Virus record (IMG/VR): IMGVR_UViG_2775506876_000001
Span: 12,549 to 76,548 of that record
Strand: one strand, 5' to 3'
DNA length: 64,000 bases
From: a virus
Taxonomy: Duplodnaviria; Caudoviricetes
The notes below the pieces were generated by a model, which made no database searches, was not told the DNA's origin, and saw only the letters and a list, made by a program, of their open reading frames with translations. Positions 28,441 to 38,794 of this stretch are shown piece after piece. The stretch's first letter is position 1. Every line of letters starts with the position of its first letter. Made by a program: the position numbers and the translations under genes.

Positions 28441-31248
28441 ATGTTAAACAAAGAAATCATAGAAATTTTAAAAGATAATCATGGTATTGAAATTACCGAA
28501 AACGATTTAGCAGCTATACACGAATTTCAATACTTTCTAGAACTTGATAGACAAACCAAATTAGCTTTAACACACTCTGGTGATGTTAACGTTCAAGATG
28601 CACCTGTAATCGGTGTTATTTTAGGTGGTGCTTTAGGTGCTTTTGCTGCTCCATTAATCGGTGTAGGTTTGCTTGCTGGCGCTTTGATAGGTGCTTCAAT
28701 AGGTTGGAGATTATTGGGTGGTGGTCAAAAATCTAATAAATCTCAAGATCCTGTAGAACAAGTTAAAAAACGTGATAGTGCTGTTGCTAATTTTGGATTT
28801 AATACAGCACCTTCCATAGTACCTTTAGGTGGTGCTATACCTTTAGTTTACACAAATACTGATATCAATGTTAATGGTGGTGTTAGAACCTCTGGATTCA
28901 TATTAAATTCCAGGGTAGAGACTTTATCAGGCACTCAAAAATTATATGTGCTTTATGGTCTATGTTTAGGTGAAATAAATTCTATTGAAAACACAAAAAC
29001 ATTACTTGATAATCAATCCCTGGACAACTTTTTTTCTGATGAATATTCACAAGAATTTAGACTTGGTACAAAAACCCAAACAGGTATAGATTCTTTTCCT
29101 TATTACAGTACTGTCAACAATTTATCAACTAACACATACTTTGGTTTTACTTACAAGCGTAAAACTACAAACACTGTTAGTTACACAGGTAATTTTATTC
29201 AAATAGATCCTGATAACTTAGGAATTTACAATACTTCTGATCGGTTGGTTATACATGATGATGTTTCAACAGTTTTACAACCTTTTAAAATCACAAATTT
29301 AAATTTATTTGAAACCAATAAACTTTCTATTAATAATACTATCGCTGTCCAAAATCAAAAAGAAATATTTGTAACGAATACTGCAACTTTCAAAACTAGT
29401 AAAAAGTGTAGTGAAATTCACATAAATTTCGTTTACAGAATATCGGCTAGAAATGAAAACAACGATAATATTTATCATTCAGTTATATTTTATTTATATT
29501 TGAATGGTGTTTTTATCAGGCAATTGATATTATCAAATAATTCTGATTCTGAGTTAAAAGGTGTTATCAAATTAAAAAATTTAAGCTATCAAAAACATAA
29601 AGTAGAAATCGAATCTAGAAGGTATTTAAATAATGGGATGGTTACACAACAATTAGGATCTTATAATGATATTGCTTTTTCAACTGGTGTAATTTTTAAC
29701 GGTAAGGATGTGCTGCTAGTAACTGGTGCTTATCCACAAGATACTAATGCTTTAATTGCTAACGGGAATTTTAATTATGAAGATACAAAAAAATTTGTAT
29801 CTAATGAACAATCAGCACCTTGTAAAATTACAACCGTGAATGAAATAGTTTACCCAAGTGATTTAAACCATTTATTCATGGCTAATTATCCGGGTATTGT
29901 GTTGGCTAGTTTAATTATTCAAGCTTCCGAGCGTGTGCAAAGTGATCCGAATCCTTCATTTTTTATAAGCAAGGGTAGAATTTGTAAAAATATTTTAATG
30001 GCTGGTGTTGCTGGAAACGGTAGTAACAATAGTAATTTAATCGATTTAACAAAGAATTTTATAGCCAGTTTTCCTGCTAATGCTCCTGGAAATTTACGAA
30101 ACGAAACTTACATTAGAAACCTTGATAAACAAGTTGAAAGCTACGGTTTTTATGTTGGTGTTAATAATATTCAATCCCTGGTTAATTTACAATTTGAAGA
30201 AAATGATAGATATGTAATTTATGAATTAGGAAGTTCTAACTATTTTCCTGATATTTTCGTTGACTTATTAACCACAAACATTGGTGGACTAGCAGGATTT
30301 TTACCAGAGAATCTGATTCAAGACTTTTTTATAGATTATGAGTCAATTGTGAAATCTAGAAAGTATTGTGTAACTAACAATTATTTTTGGGATGGTGCAA
30401 TAGATTCTACAATTAATTTTGAAGAATGGGTGACCAGGGAATCATTAACTAGTTTGTTATTCCCTTGTAGGACTGGTGGAAGATATGGATTAATCCCAGA
30501 ACAACAAACAAACCCTGTAGCTATTTTTAGTGCTTCAAATATTATCGAGAATAGTTACAGTGAAGAAAACGTTCAAATCGATAATTTAAATTGCATACAC
30601 GTAACTTTTAGCGACGGTACAGACGATTTAAAACCTAAAGTGATCAGCGTGATGACTGCTGATGCTTATAACGGTTTAGAACCTCTGTTCCCTGAATCTT
30701 TAAAATTTACTAGCATCACTAATCAATCGCAAGCTGAAAAAGTCGGCAAAGTTTATCTAAAATCTCGGCTAAATCAAACCAAAGTTATAAATTTTTCTAC
30801 AGGTTTACAAGGTTTCGGTGTCCGCGAAGGTGATTTAATCATCATCCAATATTTAACAACAGAACTAGTAAACGAATTTTCAGGATTTGTTGTTTCGCTT
30901 GAAAAGAACCAGGGAACATTCCATGATTATTTTTTGAGTGTTCCTTTACCTTCGAGTTTACCGATTAACTACCCTGGTGTGAACACTTATAAATTATCTA
31001 GTGGTAACATAGAACGCTCTAAAACTTGTGAAATTGTTGTTAGTAATAATAAACGTTGTCTGAGAATTTATGGTTTATCAAATATTCTAGAATCCGGTGA
31101 TTATGTAATAGTTACTGAGGATGTAGAAAGTAGAAAAACTTTTAGGGTTAACAAAATAGAACCACAAGATGATGGTTCAGTAAATATTCAAGCTCTCCGA
31201 TGGATTCCTGATATTTTAGATGGTTCTGATTTATTTGTAATCGATTAA
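28441..31248 (+). CDS. Tail tip / host-specificity protein (gpJ-like)
   Basis: Hydrophobic Gly-rich N-segment, 'GGAIPLVY', 'LCLGEI', 'YFWDG', 'FRVNKIEPQDDGSVNIQA'. Confidence 0.8.
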   Translation: MLNKEIIEILKDNHGIEITENDLAAIHEFQYFLELDRQTKLALTHSGDVNVQDAPVIGVILGGALGAFAAPLIGVGLLAGALIGASIGWRLLGGGQKSNKSQDPVEQVKKRDSAVANFGFNTAPSIVPLGGAIPLVYTNTDINVNGGVRTSGFILNSRVETLSGTQKLYVLYGLCLGEINSIENTKTLLDNQSLDNFFSDEYSQEFRLGTKTQTGIDSFPYYSTVNNLSTNTYFGFTYKRKTTNTVSYTGNFIQIDPDNLGIYNTSDRLVIHDDVSTVLQPFKITNLNLFETNKLSINNTIAVQNQKEIFVTNTATFKTSKKCSEIHINFVYRISARNENNDNIYHSVIFYLYLNGVFIRQLILSNNSDSELKGVIKLKNLSYQKHKVEIESRRYLNNGMVTQQLGSYNDIAFSTGVIFNGKDVLLVTGAYPQDTNALIANGNFNYEDTKKFVSNEQSAPCKITTVNEIVYPSDLNHLFMANYPGIVLASLIIQASERVQSDPNPSFFISKGRICKNILMAGVAGNGSNNSNLIDLTKNFIASFPANAPGNLRNETYIRNLDKQVESYGFYVGVNNIQSLVNLQFEENDRYVIYELGSSNYFPDIFVDLLTTNIGGLAGFLPENLIQDFFIDYESIVKSRKYCVTNNYFWDGAIDSTINFEEWVTRESLTSLLFPCRTGGRYGLIPEQQTNPVAIFSASNIIENSYSEENVQIDNLNCIHVTFSDGTDDLKPKVISVMTADAYNGLEPLFPESLKFTSITNQSQAEKVGKVYLKSRLNQTKVINFSTGLQGFGVREGDLIIIQYLTTELVNEFSGFVVSLEKNQGTFHDYFLSVPLPSSLPINYPGVNTYKLSSGNIERSKTCEIVVSNNKRCLRIYGLSNILESGDYVIVTEDVESRKTFRVNKIEPQDDGSVNIQALRWIPDILDGSDLFVID

Positions 31249-31263
31249 AAAGGTTTAAAAAAT

Positions 31264-31482
31264 ATGCCAGTAATCAAACTTGATTCAAGAAGATTTCAAA
31301 TTTTTTATAGACTTTACCAGGGTAAAACTGATAGACAGATTGGTCAAGAATTAAAATTACCTGGATACACTATTACTTATAACAAAGCACAGTTATTTAA
31401 AATTTTAAATGTGAAAAAACGCGCTGAACTACCAAATTTAGCGCGTAATTTCAAAATTGTTTTAGATTGTCCGATAGGTTAA
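31264..31482 (+). CDS. LuxR-type HTH regulator
   Basis: 'QGKTDRQIGQELKL..TI......FKILNVKKRAEL'. Confidence 0.8.
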   Translation: MPVIKLDSRRFQIFYRLYQGKTDRQIGQELKLPGYTITYNKAQLFKILNVKKRAELPNLARNFKIVLDCPIG

Positions 31483-32258
31483 CAAGCAACTGATTCATCT
31501 ACAACAAAATCAGGGTTTTCATATTTTCTGATTTTGTTAAAGAATTTTAACATAATTTCTTCTGTTGTTCCTGGTTTTTCAAATTCATCGGTCATAGGAA
31601 CATCATTAAAATAATATGTCCAGATGTTTCTAGCAAAACACCAAGCTAAAACACCGATTCTAATTTCTTGATCAGCTACAAGGTAGCAGACATCAACCTT
31701 GTGAATATTATCTCTGTGTTGATAATTTCCAAAATAATTTGTGACTCTTAAAATCAAATTATATTTTTTGGCTAATTCTTCAGTTTTATCCAGGGTTTGA
31801 CGTTTAGCTTCATAACGTTTAGCAACTTTTTCATGTGCTAATCTTTTAGATTCGGCAGCTTTTCTTTCTTCAAAACGTCTTTTAGCTTCATGTTTGACTT
31901 CTAGCCGTTCTAGTTCTTTCTGTATTTTTTGCTCCATTGCGTCTGTAATTTCCATAATATCCTTTTTGTTGTTTAGTTTTTTATTAGGGAACATCTTTTT
32001 AATAACACTGTTAGTTACTATTGGGTAATTAGCAGTGTTATACACGCTTTCTAATGTTATATCAGGAATTTCAAAATTAGTCAATAGAACTAGATCATTC
32101 CTAGGTATGGACTTTTCCAAATACAGATACATTCCAACGAATTTCTTTAACCGTGACTTAAATTCCCTGGTTAATTTAAATTCTTTTAACTGTTCATCGT
32201 TATTTGGTAAAAATCTGGAAACTAGGATCTCTCTATCGGTTAAGGTAACTGTTGACAT
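31479..32258 (-). CDS. Hypothetical protein with charged coiled coil
   Basis: 259-aa ORF. Confidence 0.5.
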   Translation of the reverse strand: MSTVTLTDREILVSRFLPNNDEQLKEFKLTREFKSRLKKFVGMYLYLEKSIPRNDLVLLTNFEIPDITLESVYNTANYPIVTNSVIKKMFPNKKLNNKKDIMEITDAMEQKIQKELERLEVKHEAKRRFEERKAAESKRLAHEKVAKRYEAKRQTLDKTEELAKKYNLILRVTNYFGNYQHRDNIHKVDVCYLVADQEIRIGVLAWCFARNIWTYYFNDVPMTDEFEKPGTTEEIMLKFFNKIRKYENPDFVVDESVAC

Positions 32259-32316
32259 GGTTTTTAAAAATTTCTGATATTTGTATTATATATTTTCTGG
32301 TTTAAAAAGTCACTTT

Positions 32317-32820
32317 TTAAATTTTTACCATTTTTCCAACAAAACCTAAGTCTTGAAAATTATCTTTAAACCTGGTAATAACACTAGATTTATTTGATAA
32401 ACACATAAACGCGTTGTAATTACGGGGACTTTTACCAGGTTCCATAGTTTTCCCATCTATCCAGGGTATTCTATTTCTTACAATTACAGTAGGATATGTC
32501 AGCAATTCAGGAACTTGAAATAACACAGACTCGCTAAAAGCGGCAAAAATAATTGAAACGTGTTTATGTTCTTGAATAGTAGCGATCGCTTTGATAGCCC
32601 AAAGTTTAGCAGGTGTCGGTGGATTGGTATACACAAAATTATGTTTCCAAGATATTTCTAAACCGTTAACACCTTTGATAGGGCAAGGATCGAAAATGTC
32701 TTTAGTGTCAAAAGTTGAGTAAACTTTATTCCAGATATACCCTGGTGTGTAGTACTCTTGTGATGGTTTGTGATTTCCAAGTAATGAATGATTATTCATA
32801 ATTTTAAGCTGCTTTAGCAA
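32317..32820 (-). CDS. Phage N6-adenine DNA methyltransferase-like protein
   Basis: 'EYYTP', 'FDPCP', 'NGLEISW...VYTNPPT' (NPPY variant). Confidence 0.65.
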   Translation of the reverse strand: MLKQLKIMNNHSLLGNHKPSQEYYTPGYIWNKVYSTFDTKDIFDPCPIKGVNGLEISWKHNFVYTNPPTPAKLWAIKAIATIQEHKHVSIIFAAFSESVLFQVPELLTYPTVIVRNRIPWIDGKTMEPGKSPRNYNAFMCLSNKSSVITRFKDNFQDLGFVGKMVKI

Positions 32821-33274
32821 AAGATTTATTGTTTTTGATTAGTTCAGAAAACGAGTTAAACCCAAAATGTTTGGCAACTGGTAATAGATGTCTACAAACT
32901 TTTTTACCAGGGAAAGGCAATCCATATTGTTTTTGATTTTGGAAATCTGTGCAACTACATGTGTAATCGGTTTGATAAATTTCAACTAAATGTGTATCAT
33001 GGCTAGATTCAAATTTTACAAATGCTCGAATTGAATCTAAATCATTAACATCAGCCATGTTTAAAACTTCATAACTTTCTGTTAAATGCGCGTTAATACG
33101 AAAACTATAAAAATCTTGTTGATAGGTTTTAAAGCTTATAAATGTACAGCAGTTACCTCTATTTATTTTATAGCGTGCCAAAACTTTACCTTTAACTACA
33201 CGTATTTCGGCAACATCTTTAGCTTTAATATTTAGAATTCTGGCTGTTGCAGCTTTAGTTATGTAGTTAATCAT
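32804..33274 (-). CDS. SWIM zinc-finger protein
   Basis: 'CSCTDF...VCRH'. Confidence 0.75.
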   Translation of the reverse strand: MINYITKAATARILNIKAKDVAEIRVVKGKVLARYKINRGNCCTFISFKTYQQDFYSFRINAHLTESYEVLNMADVNDLDSIRAFVKFESSHDTHLVEIYQTDYTCSCTDFQNQKQYGLPFPGKKVCRHLLPVAKHFGFNSFSELIKNNKSFAKAA

Positions 33275-33512
33275 GTTAATTATGGTTAATTAAGGTTATT
33301 TAGAGTTAATTAGGTAGTTGATCACGGTCTGAACCGTTCCATATATCTATAATATGTCGGACAAAATATAATGTCAAGGGTTTTAAAATCAAAAAGTGAC
33401 TTTTTAAAATTAAATAATTTGAAATTATATATTACTTTAGATATATAAGCTTATATTATAGTCATGGTATAATATAAGTATTGTAAATTTACAATAAACC
33501 TAGGTTTAAATT

Positions 33513-33770
33513 ATGGCTACTACAGACGTTTTAAATCAGTTAGCAGATCAGATTGTTGCTCTAGCTTCCTTGGTCAGACAACTCATTGCAACTAAGGCTG
33601 ATGACAGTAATAAAATCGCTCAGCTAACTGATCAAGCACTTCAAAAAGACACACAGATTCAAGAATTGTTATCTAGCGATCAAGTTTCCAGTGAAAAAGC
33701 GGTTCAACTTAGTAACGAGATAAAAGCACTAGTCACAGAGGCTACTGCGGCTCTAGCTCAACCTGCTTAA
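33513..33770 (+). CDS. Coiled-coil hypothetical protein
   Basis: Heptad pattern; followed by terminator 33790-33828. Confidence 0.6.
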   Translation: MATTDVLNQLADQIVALASLVRQLIATKADDSNKIAQLTDQALQKDTQIQELLSSDQVSSEKAVQLSNEIKALVTEATAALAQPA

Positions 33771-33847
33771 TTAAATCTATCTAGACAATAAAAAACCCTT
33801 AGTAACTTAAAATTACTAAGGGTTTTTTAGTTTTATGTCAATTTTAT

Positions 33848-34021
33848 TTATTTTTTAAAAATATTGGCATATTTATCGTAATTTCCGATTATTTCTTTTA
33901 TTTTGTCGTGATTCAAAATTCCATCAGATAACGCCGTAACACCTGCCAAATTGTACATATTTGTTTTACCAGAAACACGAATTTTTTCAAAACAATCAAA
34001 ATCTTTTTTTGTGATTTCCAT
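33848..34021 (-). CDS. Small hypothetical protein (57 aa, not in ORF track)
   Basis: Hand translation MEITKKDFDCFEKIRVSGKTNMYNL...; starts just after the upstream stop. Confidence 0.55.
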   Translation of the reverse strand: MEITKKDFDCFEKIRVSGKTNMYNLAGVTALSDGILNHDKIKEIIGNYDKYANIFKK

Positions 34022-34025
34022 AAAT

Positions 34026-34478
34026 TCAACTCCTTTTTGTGTAAATGATATCGAAAATTAAATGTACCAGTGCTGAAAGTTCCATTGCAACATAGAGAAT
34101 CATAGAATATTTCAGAACAGTTTCAAGATTTTGAAAATCGTTGTAAACCAATAATAGACCGGGAATAAACAACAAGTAACAGAATCTAATCAAACTTCCG
34201 ATAATCGGAAAATGTGTATAAAAGTTCCGATTAAAAAAGTTACCCTTGTGTTTAAATAACGCTCTATACGGTATCCAATAAAACTTTAGAATCGACCATT
34301 TTTGAGAAGGTCTAGATTTTTTCATATCTAAATCAGGACTTAAATATAACCCTGAAAATAGATAGAACCCTGAAAATGTTGCTAGTGTTATCATGTCCAG
34401 GGAATAGTATGAGCCTATAGCCCAAAACCCTGGTAATGATAGAAATATTGATTTATCGTGAGTTTTGCCAGATGCCAT
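34026..34478 (-). CDS. DUF2227-like metal-binding membrane protein
   Basis: 'MASGKTHD', 'LSPDLD', 'WIPY', 'THFPIIG', 'HLIFD'. Confidence 0.75.
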   Translation of the reverse strand: MASGKTHDKSIFLSLPGFWAIGSYYSLDMITLATFSGFYLFSGLYLSPDLDMKKSRPSQKWSILKFYWIPYRALFKHKGNFFNRNFYTHFPIIGSLIRFCYLLFIPGLLLVYNDFQNLETVLKYSMILYVAMELSALVHLIFDIIYTKRS

Positions 34479-34765
34479 AAAATTACTTACCTTTTACCCA
34501 TCCTTTAAACTGGCAAGTGATATCTTTAATCGGTTGTCCATCACTCGTGAAACCTTTTTCTTTAATTTCAATATTGATAATAGCTTCTGGTATTTGAGGA
34601 TTATCAGAATATTGAGATGATTGTGTTGATTTAATTACCATAAAATTTTTCCTGTTTTCAGAACTTTCTATAATATGTCAGACATTTCTAAGTTTGTCAA
34701 TACTTAAAAAGTGACTTTTTAAAATCTTAGTCATATTATGTTTGATGCATATTATAAAAAATTTG

Positions 34766-35446
34766 TCAAGAGTATTTAAGCTTATATTTTTTAAAATTAT
34801 CAGATTGACAAAACAAACAGTTACGATTTTTAATCAATCTGATAGAATAACCAGAATCTTGGAATTCATGTCCATTGCTACAAATAGAACCAAAAGCGTA
34901 TAATTCCGGTTTTCTACGAAGTTCAATTAAAAAATCTGTAGCCTCTTGACTTAATTCAGCATTTTTGTATTCTCGCTGAATTCCTAGTTTTTCCCTGGTC
35001 ACTTGTTGGTATATTATTTTTTGTTGCTTTTTGATTTTTTCTTCATTTTCTAAACGGTAATTTATTGCGCAAAAAATACATCTTTTTGATATTTTATATC
35101 TGATAGAATAACCAGAATTTTCAAATTCATGATTATTCGGACAGATAGTACCAAATCTAAAATCATCGGAATTTTTACCACTAGCTTTTAAAAAGTTGAT
35201 AGCCGATTTAGTCAAAGGTGTAAATTTACCAAAAACCGATTCTTTTTTCTGTTTCACATGATCTTTACATTTTCTAGTTTTATTACATTCATAACAATTA
35301 TTACCGTTTTTATATCTGATGGAGTAACCAGAATCTCGGAATTCATGATTGTTCTTACAAATTTCACCAAATCTGTATAATTCTGGATTGCAGCCAGCAA
35401 ATATTAAATGATCTATAGCTTCTTGGCTTAATTCTGGGTAATTCAT
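34766..35446 (-). CDS. Protein with three Cys/His repeats
   Basis: 3x 'FGxICxNxHEFxxSGYSIR..CxxC'; ATG at 35446 preferred. Confidence 0.7.
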   Translation of the reverse strand: MNYPELSQEAIDHLIFAGCNPELYRFGEICKNNHEFRDSGYSIRYKNGNNCYECNKTRKCKDHVKQKKESVFGKFTPLTKSAINFLKASGKNSDDFRFGTICPNNHEFENSGYSIRYKISKRCIFCAINYRLENEEKIKKQQKIIYQQVTREKLGIQREYKNAELSQEATDFLIELRRKPELYAFGSICSNGHEFQDSGYSIRLIKNRNCLFCQSDNFKKYKLKYS

Positions 35447-35622
35447 ATCGATTAAATAAAAGTGACTTTTCAAGTATACAAACAATTCATAGAATTGTCT
35501 ACCTTTGAAAAGTCACTTTCTAGCTATGGGTATTATAAAAAGTTTGTCAAGTACTTGTAACAATCTGTAATGTCTCGGATAACTTTAATGGTTCAGTCCA
35601 GGTACAGCGTTTTTCTGTTTGC

Positions 35623-37236
35623 TTAAAATTTCGGAACAATACCAAGATAGTAATGACCAAGATAAGCAAACACAACGGGCTGTTTCAATCTTTGTGAAAC
35701 AACTTTGTAATTTTTATACTGTTCGCGTAAATTATCCCGGTCTTTCTTATCAGGTACTGCTTGAGGAAGATTTAAAGCGGTCTCGATAACTTTATAGCTT
35801 TCCATTTCTCGGTTATCTTTAATATATTTGTTGCCAAGTAACACAAGATTTAAACATGACCTAGTGCTTTGATCTAACTCTTTAATGCCTATGGCTTTCA
35901 GGTTTAAACTGTGTAATATTGCGACAAATTTGACGTTGTACTCCCGCCCAATAATTAAAATGTCTAATAACAATTGTGAATATTGAACATCAGCTTCATC
36001 GAGAGCGATCGCAGAACTGATCCAATCATCGAGTAACACGATAAAAGGTTTAAGATTATTGCGTCGATCTTCATCCAGGGACAATCTACGCTCATATTCA
36101 GTTTTGATATCGTTAAAAAATTCTTGTGCTTCTTGGATTTTGTCATCACCTATAAATCTATAGCAACAATCTTGTTCTCTTAAACCTTCGTAGCTGTCAT
36201 TTTTTACGCTGAATACTCTGGCATCAAACTCTGTGTAAGTGTCCTTTAATTGCCTCAAATACTCTTTAACGAATGAACTTTTACCACTACCTTGTTGTCC
36301 AATAATCACTGTTGAACCATCAGACTTTACAAGACTCTTAATCATGTCTCTAGTGTCTTGCTCAGATTTAGCAACATCAAAGTTACTACCCTGGACAGAA
36401 TCGTTTTGATTATCAAAATTATCCGAACTGTTGCTAGAACCATCTGAACCGTTGCCAGACTTTTCTAAATTCGGTTCATAACCACGTTGATCCAAACGTT
36501 CCATTTTCTTTTCACTAGTTTTTGACTCTAAATCATGCTTAAATTTTTCAGCTTTTAACCGTGCTAAATCTAAATCAAAACTAGAATTCTCGATAAGTTT
36601 TTGCTTTCTAGATTGTTCCTGTAAATATTCCTGATAAGCTAGTTTTTGCTCATCGGACATGTCCATCATTCTCAAACTTTGAAATTCACTTTCAATATTT
36701 TCTTGGATGTACTGAGTTTCTAGAACGGTTCTATACTTGGTTGTTTCGCGAGACTGCAAACCGATTAACTGAGCTTCAAGAGTTTCAGTTTTGTATTGTT
36801 CAAATAGTTCAGGGAATTCTCGCTTGTATCTGGTTGATGTCAGGCTGTAAAGTCCGTAAGAAACTGTTGAAAGTCCTACAGCCGCTATAGCATAAAAAAG
36901 GTAATTTGGGTTAGTTGCTTTATTAAAATTTACAATGTGTCTACCAGTTGCCGGAATCAAAAATTTATCATTCCCTGTAACAAATTCTGGGTTAGGTTTC
37001 AACTCATCCTTTTTCAACAAAAACTTAGGGCTAGTCCTAAATATGTCCTGACCATTTTTACAGAATTCAGATCTTGGTGTACTGTGTAAAACTTCTGGGA
37101 TAAAGCAAAAATCTACAGTATCATATTTAACATCTGACATACTAGTATACATCGATACAATACTGATGCCAGCAAAACAGAATGCTAATTTTGCTGTGTT
37201 ATCTCTTTGTTTCTTGATCTGTTTAAGCGGGTTCAT
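35623..37236 (-). CDS. Membrane-anchored P-loop ATPase (FtsK/HerA/coupling-protein-like)
   Basis: Two N-terminal TM segments, coiled coil, 'GQQGSGKS', 'IVLLDDW', 'IGREYNV..V..LHS'. Confidence 0.75.
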   Translation of the reverse strand: MNPLKQIKKQRDNTAKLAFCFAGISIVSMYTSMSDVKYDTVDFCFIPEVLHSTPRSEFCKNGQDIFRTSPKFLLKKDELKPNPEFVTGNDKFLIPATGRHIVNFNKATNPNYLFYAIAAVGLSTVSYGLYSLTSTRYKREFPELFEQYKTETLEAQLIGLQSRETTKYRTVLETQYIQENIESEFQSLRMMDMSDEQKLAYQEYLQEQSRKQKLIENSSFDLDLARLKAEKFKHDLESKTSEKKMERLDQRGYEPNLEKSGNGSDGSSNSSDNFDNQNDSVQGSNFDVAKSEQDTRDMIKSLVKSDGSTVIIGQQGSGKSSFVKEYLRQLKDTYTEFDARVFSVKNDSYEGLREQDCCYRFIGDDKIQEAQEFFNDIKTEYERRLSLDEDRRNNLKPFIVLLDDWISSAIALDEADVQYSQLLLDILIIGREYNVKFVAILHSLNLKAIGIKELDQSTRSCLNLVLLGNKYIKDNREMESYKVIETALNLPQAVPDKKDRDNLREQYKNYKVVSQRLKQPVVFAYLGHYYLGIVPKF

Positions 37237-37315
37237 GTTGTCCAGGTAATATTATACAAAAATGTCTGACAACTATTATAACAAGTGTCAGACATTTTAA
37301 AAAGTGACTTTTTAG

Positions 37316-37879
37316 TTAATCCATAAGATCCTTTAAAAATTTATAACCCATAACACCAGCAGCAGCACCACAACCTGTTAAAATTATAAATTTTAAATCA
37401 GGGTTAATTCCTTGTCTTTTATCCCTTTCATAATCTTGTTTATCTTGCTCATAAGCAGTAGCACTGACATCAGCAATTTTTAAAATATTACGAATCTCGC
37501 TTGTAGCAACAAATGTTAATGTTCCTGCTAATATCAATTTAATCAAACCATTAATAAGTTTCCCGTTAACACTGAAATTCATAGATTCACTGTCCTTAGA
37601 TATATTGAAATTGTCAGCGATCGCTTTCATAGCTGGTACTGATCCAATTGTAAAGCCTCCAAGAACAGCTAAGAACAGTGTAGAACCAACGTGAATCAAC
37701 CAAAGCGTTATGAACACATTCATAGAATTAAACATAACCATTTCTAACCAAGATTTAACAAATTCTTGTCTATTCAACTCTTTCAGATAATCTTGCTCAA
37801 GTCTTGCTAAATGTTCCTGGTTTTCCCTGGTAAACTCCAAATTTTGTTCTTGATTTTCATTTTCTTGAATATTAAACAT
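37316..37879 (-). CDS. Multi-pass membrane protein
   Basis: About 4 hydrophobic segments. Confidence 0.65.
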   Translation of the reverse strand: MFNIQENENQEQNLEFTRENQEHLARLEQDYLKELNRQEFVKSWLEMVMFNSMNVFITLWLIHVGSTLFLAVLGGFTIGSVPAMKAIADNFNISKDSESMNFSVNGKLINGLIKLILAGTLTFVATSEIRNILKIADVSATAYEQDKQDYERDKRQGINPDLKFIILTGCGAAAGVMGYKFLKDLMD

Positions 37880-38050
37880 GATATAATTCCTTTACACACT
37901 AGAGATTGCTATTTAAAAACCTTTAAAGTATGCTTATTATTTTAAAGGTTTTTTCTTGTCTGACATATTTTAACATTATAGTAAAAATTTAGACAATAAA
38001 AAATCCCTAGTTGTTATCCAGGGATTTAAAAAGTCACTTTTTGAATTAAA

Positions 38051-38647
38051 TCAATCGTTTCTCTCTTGTGTTTGTAAAGTGTTTTTAATAACACGTTTCA
38101 TATTCTTTTCGCAACAAAAAAACATAGACTTAAACAAATCAATATCATTTTCAACAGCTATCAAAAAGATAGATTGAATAATGTTAACAGAGATTTCAAA
38201 AAACTTTTCAGGATCAATATCAATGTTAAAAAGAATTGATTTTTTATAAAGTTCACAAAGGTTAAAAACATTTTCTGACAAATCTAGATTAAGATTTTCC
38301 GGGAATCCATTATATATATTAGCAAAAGTGAATTTCTCATCATAAGCCAATATAGCTAAATAAGCTAAAACATCACATAATTCTAAACCTAAATTATGTG
38401 TGTCTTTATCAGTTTTATCTTTGATTTTCAAAATAGATAAAACTTCACCAGCTTCACCAGCAACACCTAAAATTAAAAGAGTTGTTTTGTGAATTTCATC
38501 AACTTTATAATTTTGTTGATTTAAAATAAAAAATTTCTGAAAGCTTCTAAGCAAAGAATAAATTGATAATCCATTTTTTTCTTTTGAATTACAAGAATTT
38601 TCCATAGATGTTAACAAATTGTTCATGTCTTTTATTACTTCTGTCAT
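38051..38647 (-). CDS. MazG-like nucleotide pyrophosphohydrolase
   Basis: 'LGVAGEAGEV...ELCDVLAYLAILA'. Confidence 0.7.
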   Translation of the reverse strand: MTEVIKDMNNLLTSMENSCNSKEKNGLSIYSLLRSFQKFFILNQQNYKVDEIHKTTLLILGVAGEAGEVLSILKIKDKTDKDTHNLGLELCDVLAYLAILAYDEKFTFANIYNGFPENLNLDLSENVFNLCELYKKSILFNIDIDPEKFFEISVNIIQSIFLIAVENDIDLFKSMFFCCEKNMKRVIKNTLQTQERND

Positions 38648-38794
38648 TTCTTTAATCCTTGTTTTTTGTCCGACAAATATATACTAACTAATAATATTAT
38701 AAATGTCAACAAGTTTAATAAAAAATCCCTAATTGTTATCCAGGGATTTAAAAAGTCACTTTTTGATTTATCTAGTTTACAAAAATTGTAAGAT

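Noticed and set aside
9707-31248. Diversity-generating retroelement or invertase-driven tail-fibre switch
   Set aside because: No reverse transcriptase, no adenine-specific TR/VR pair and no serine invertase found
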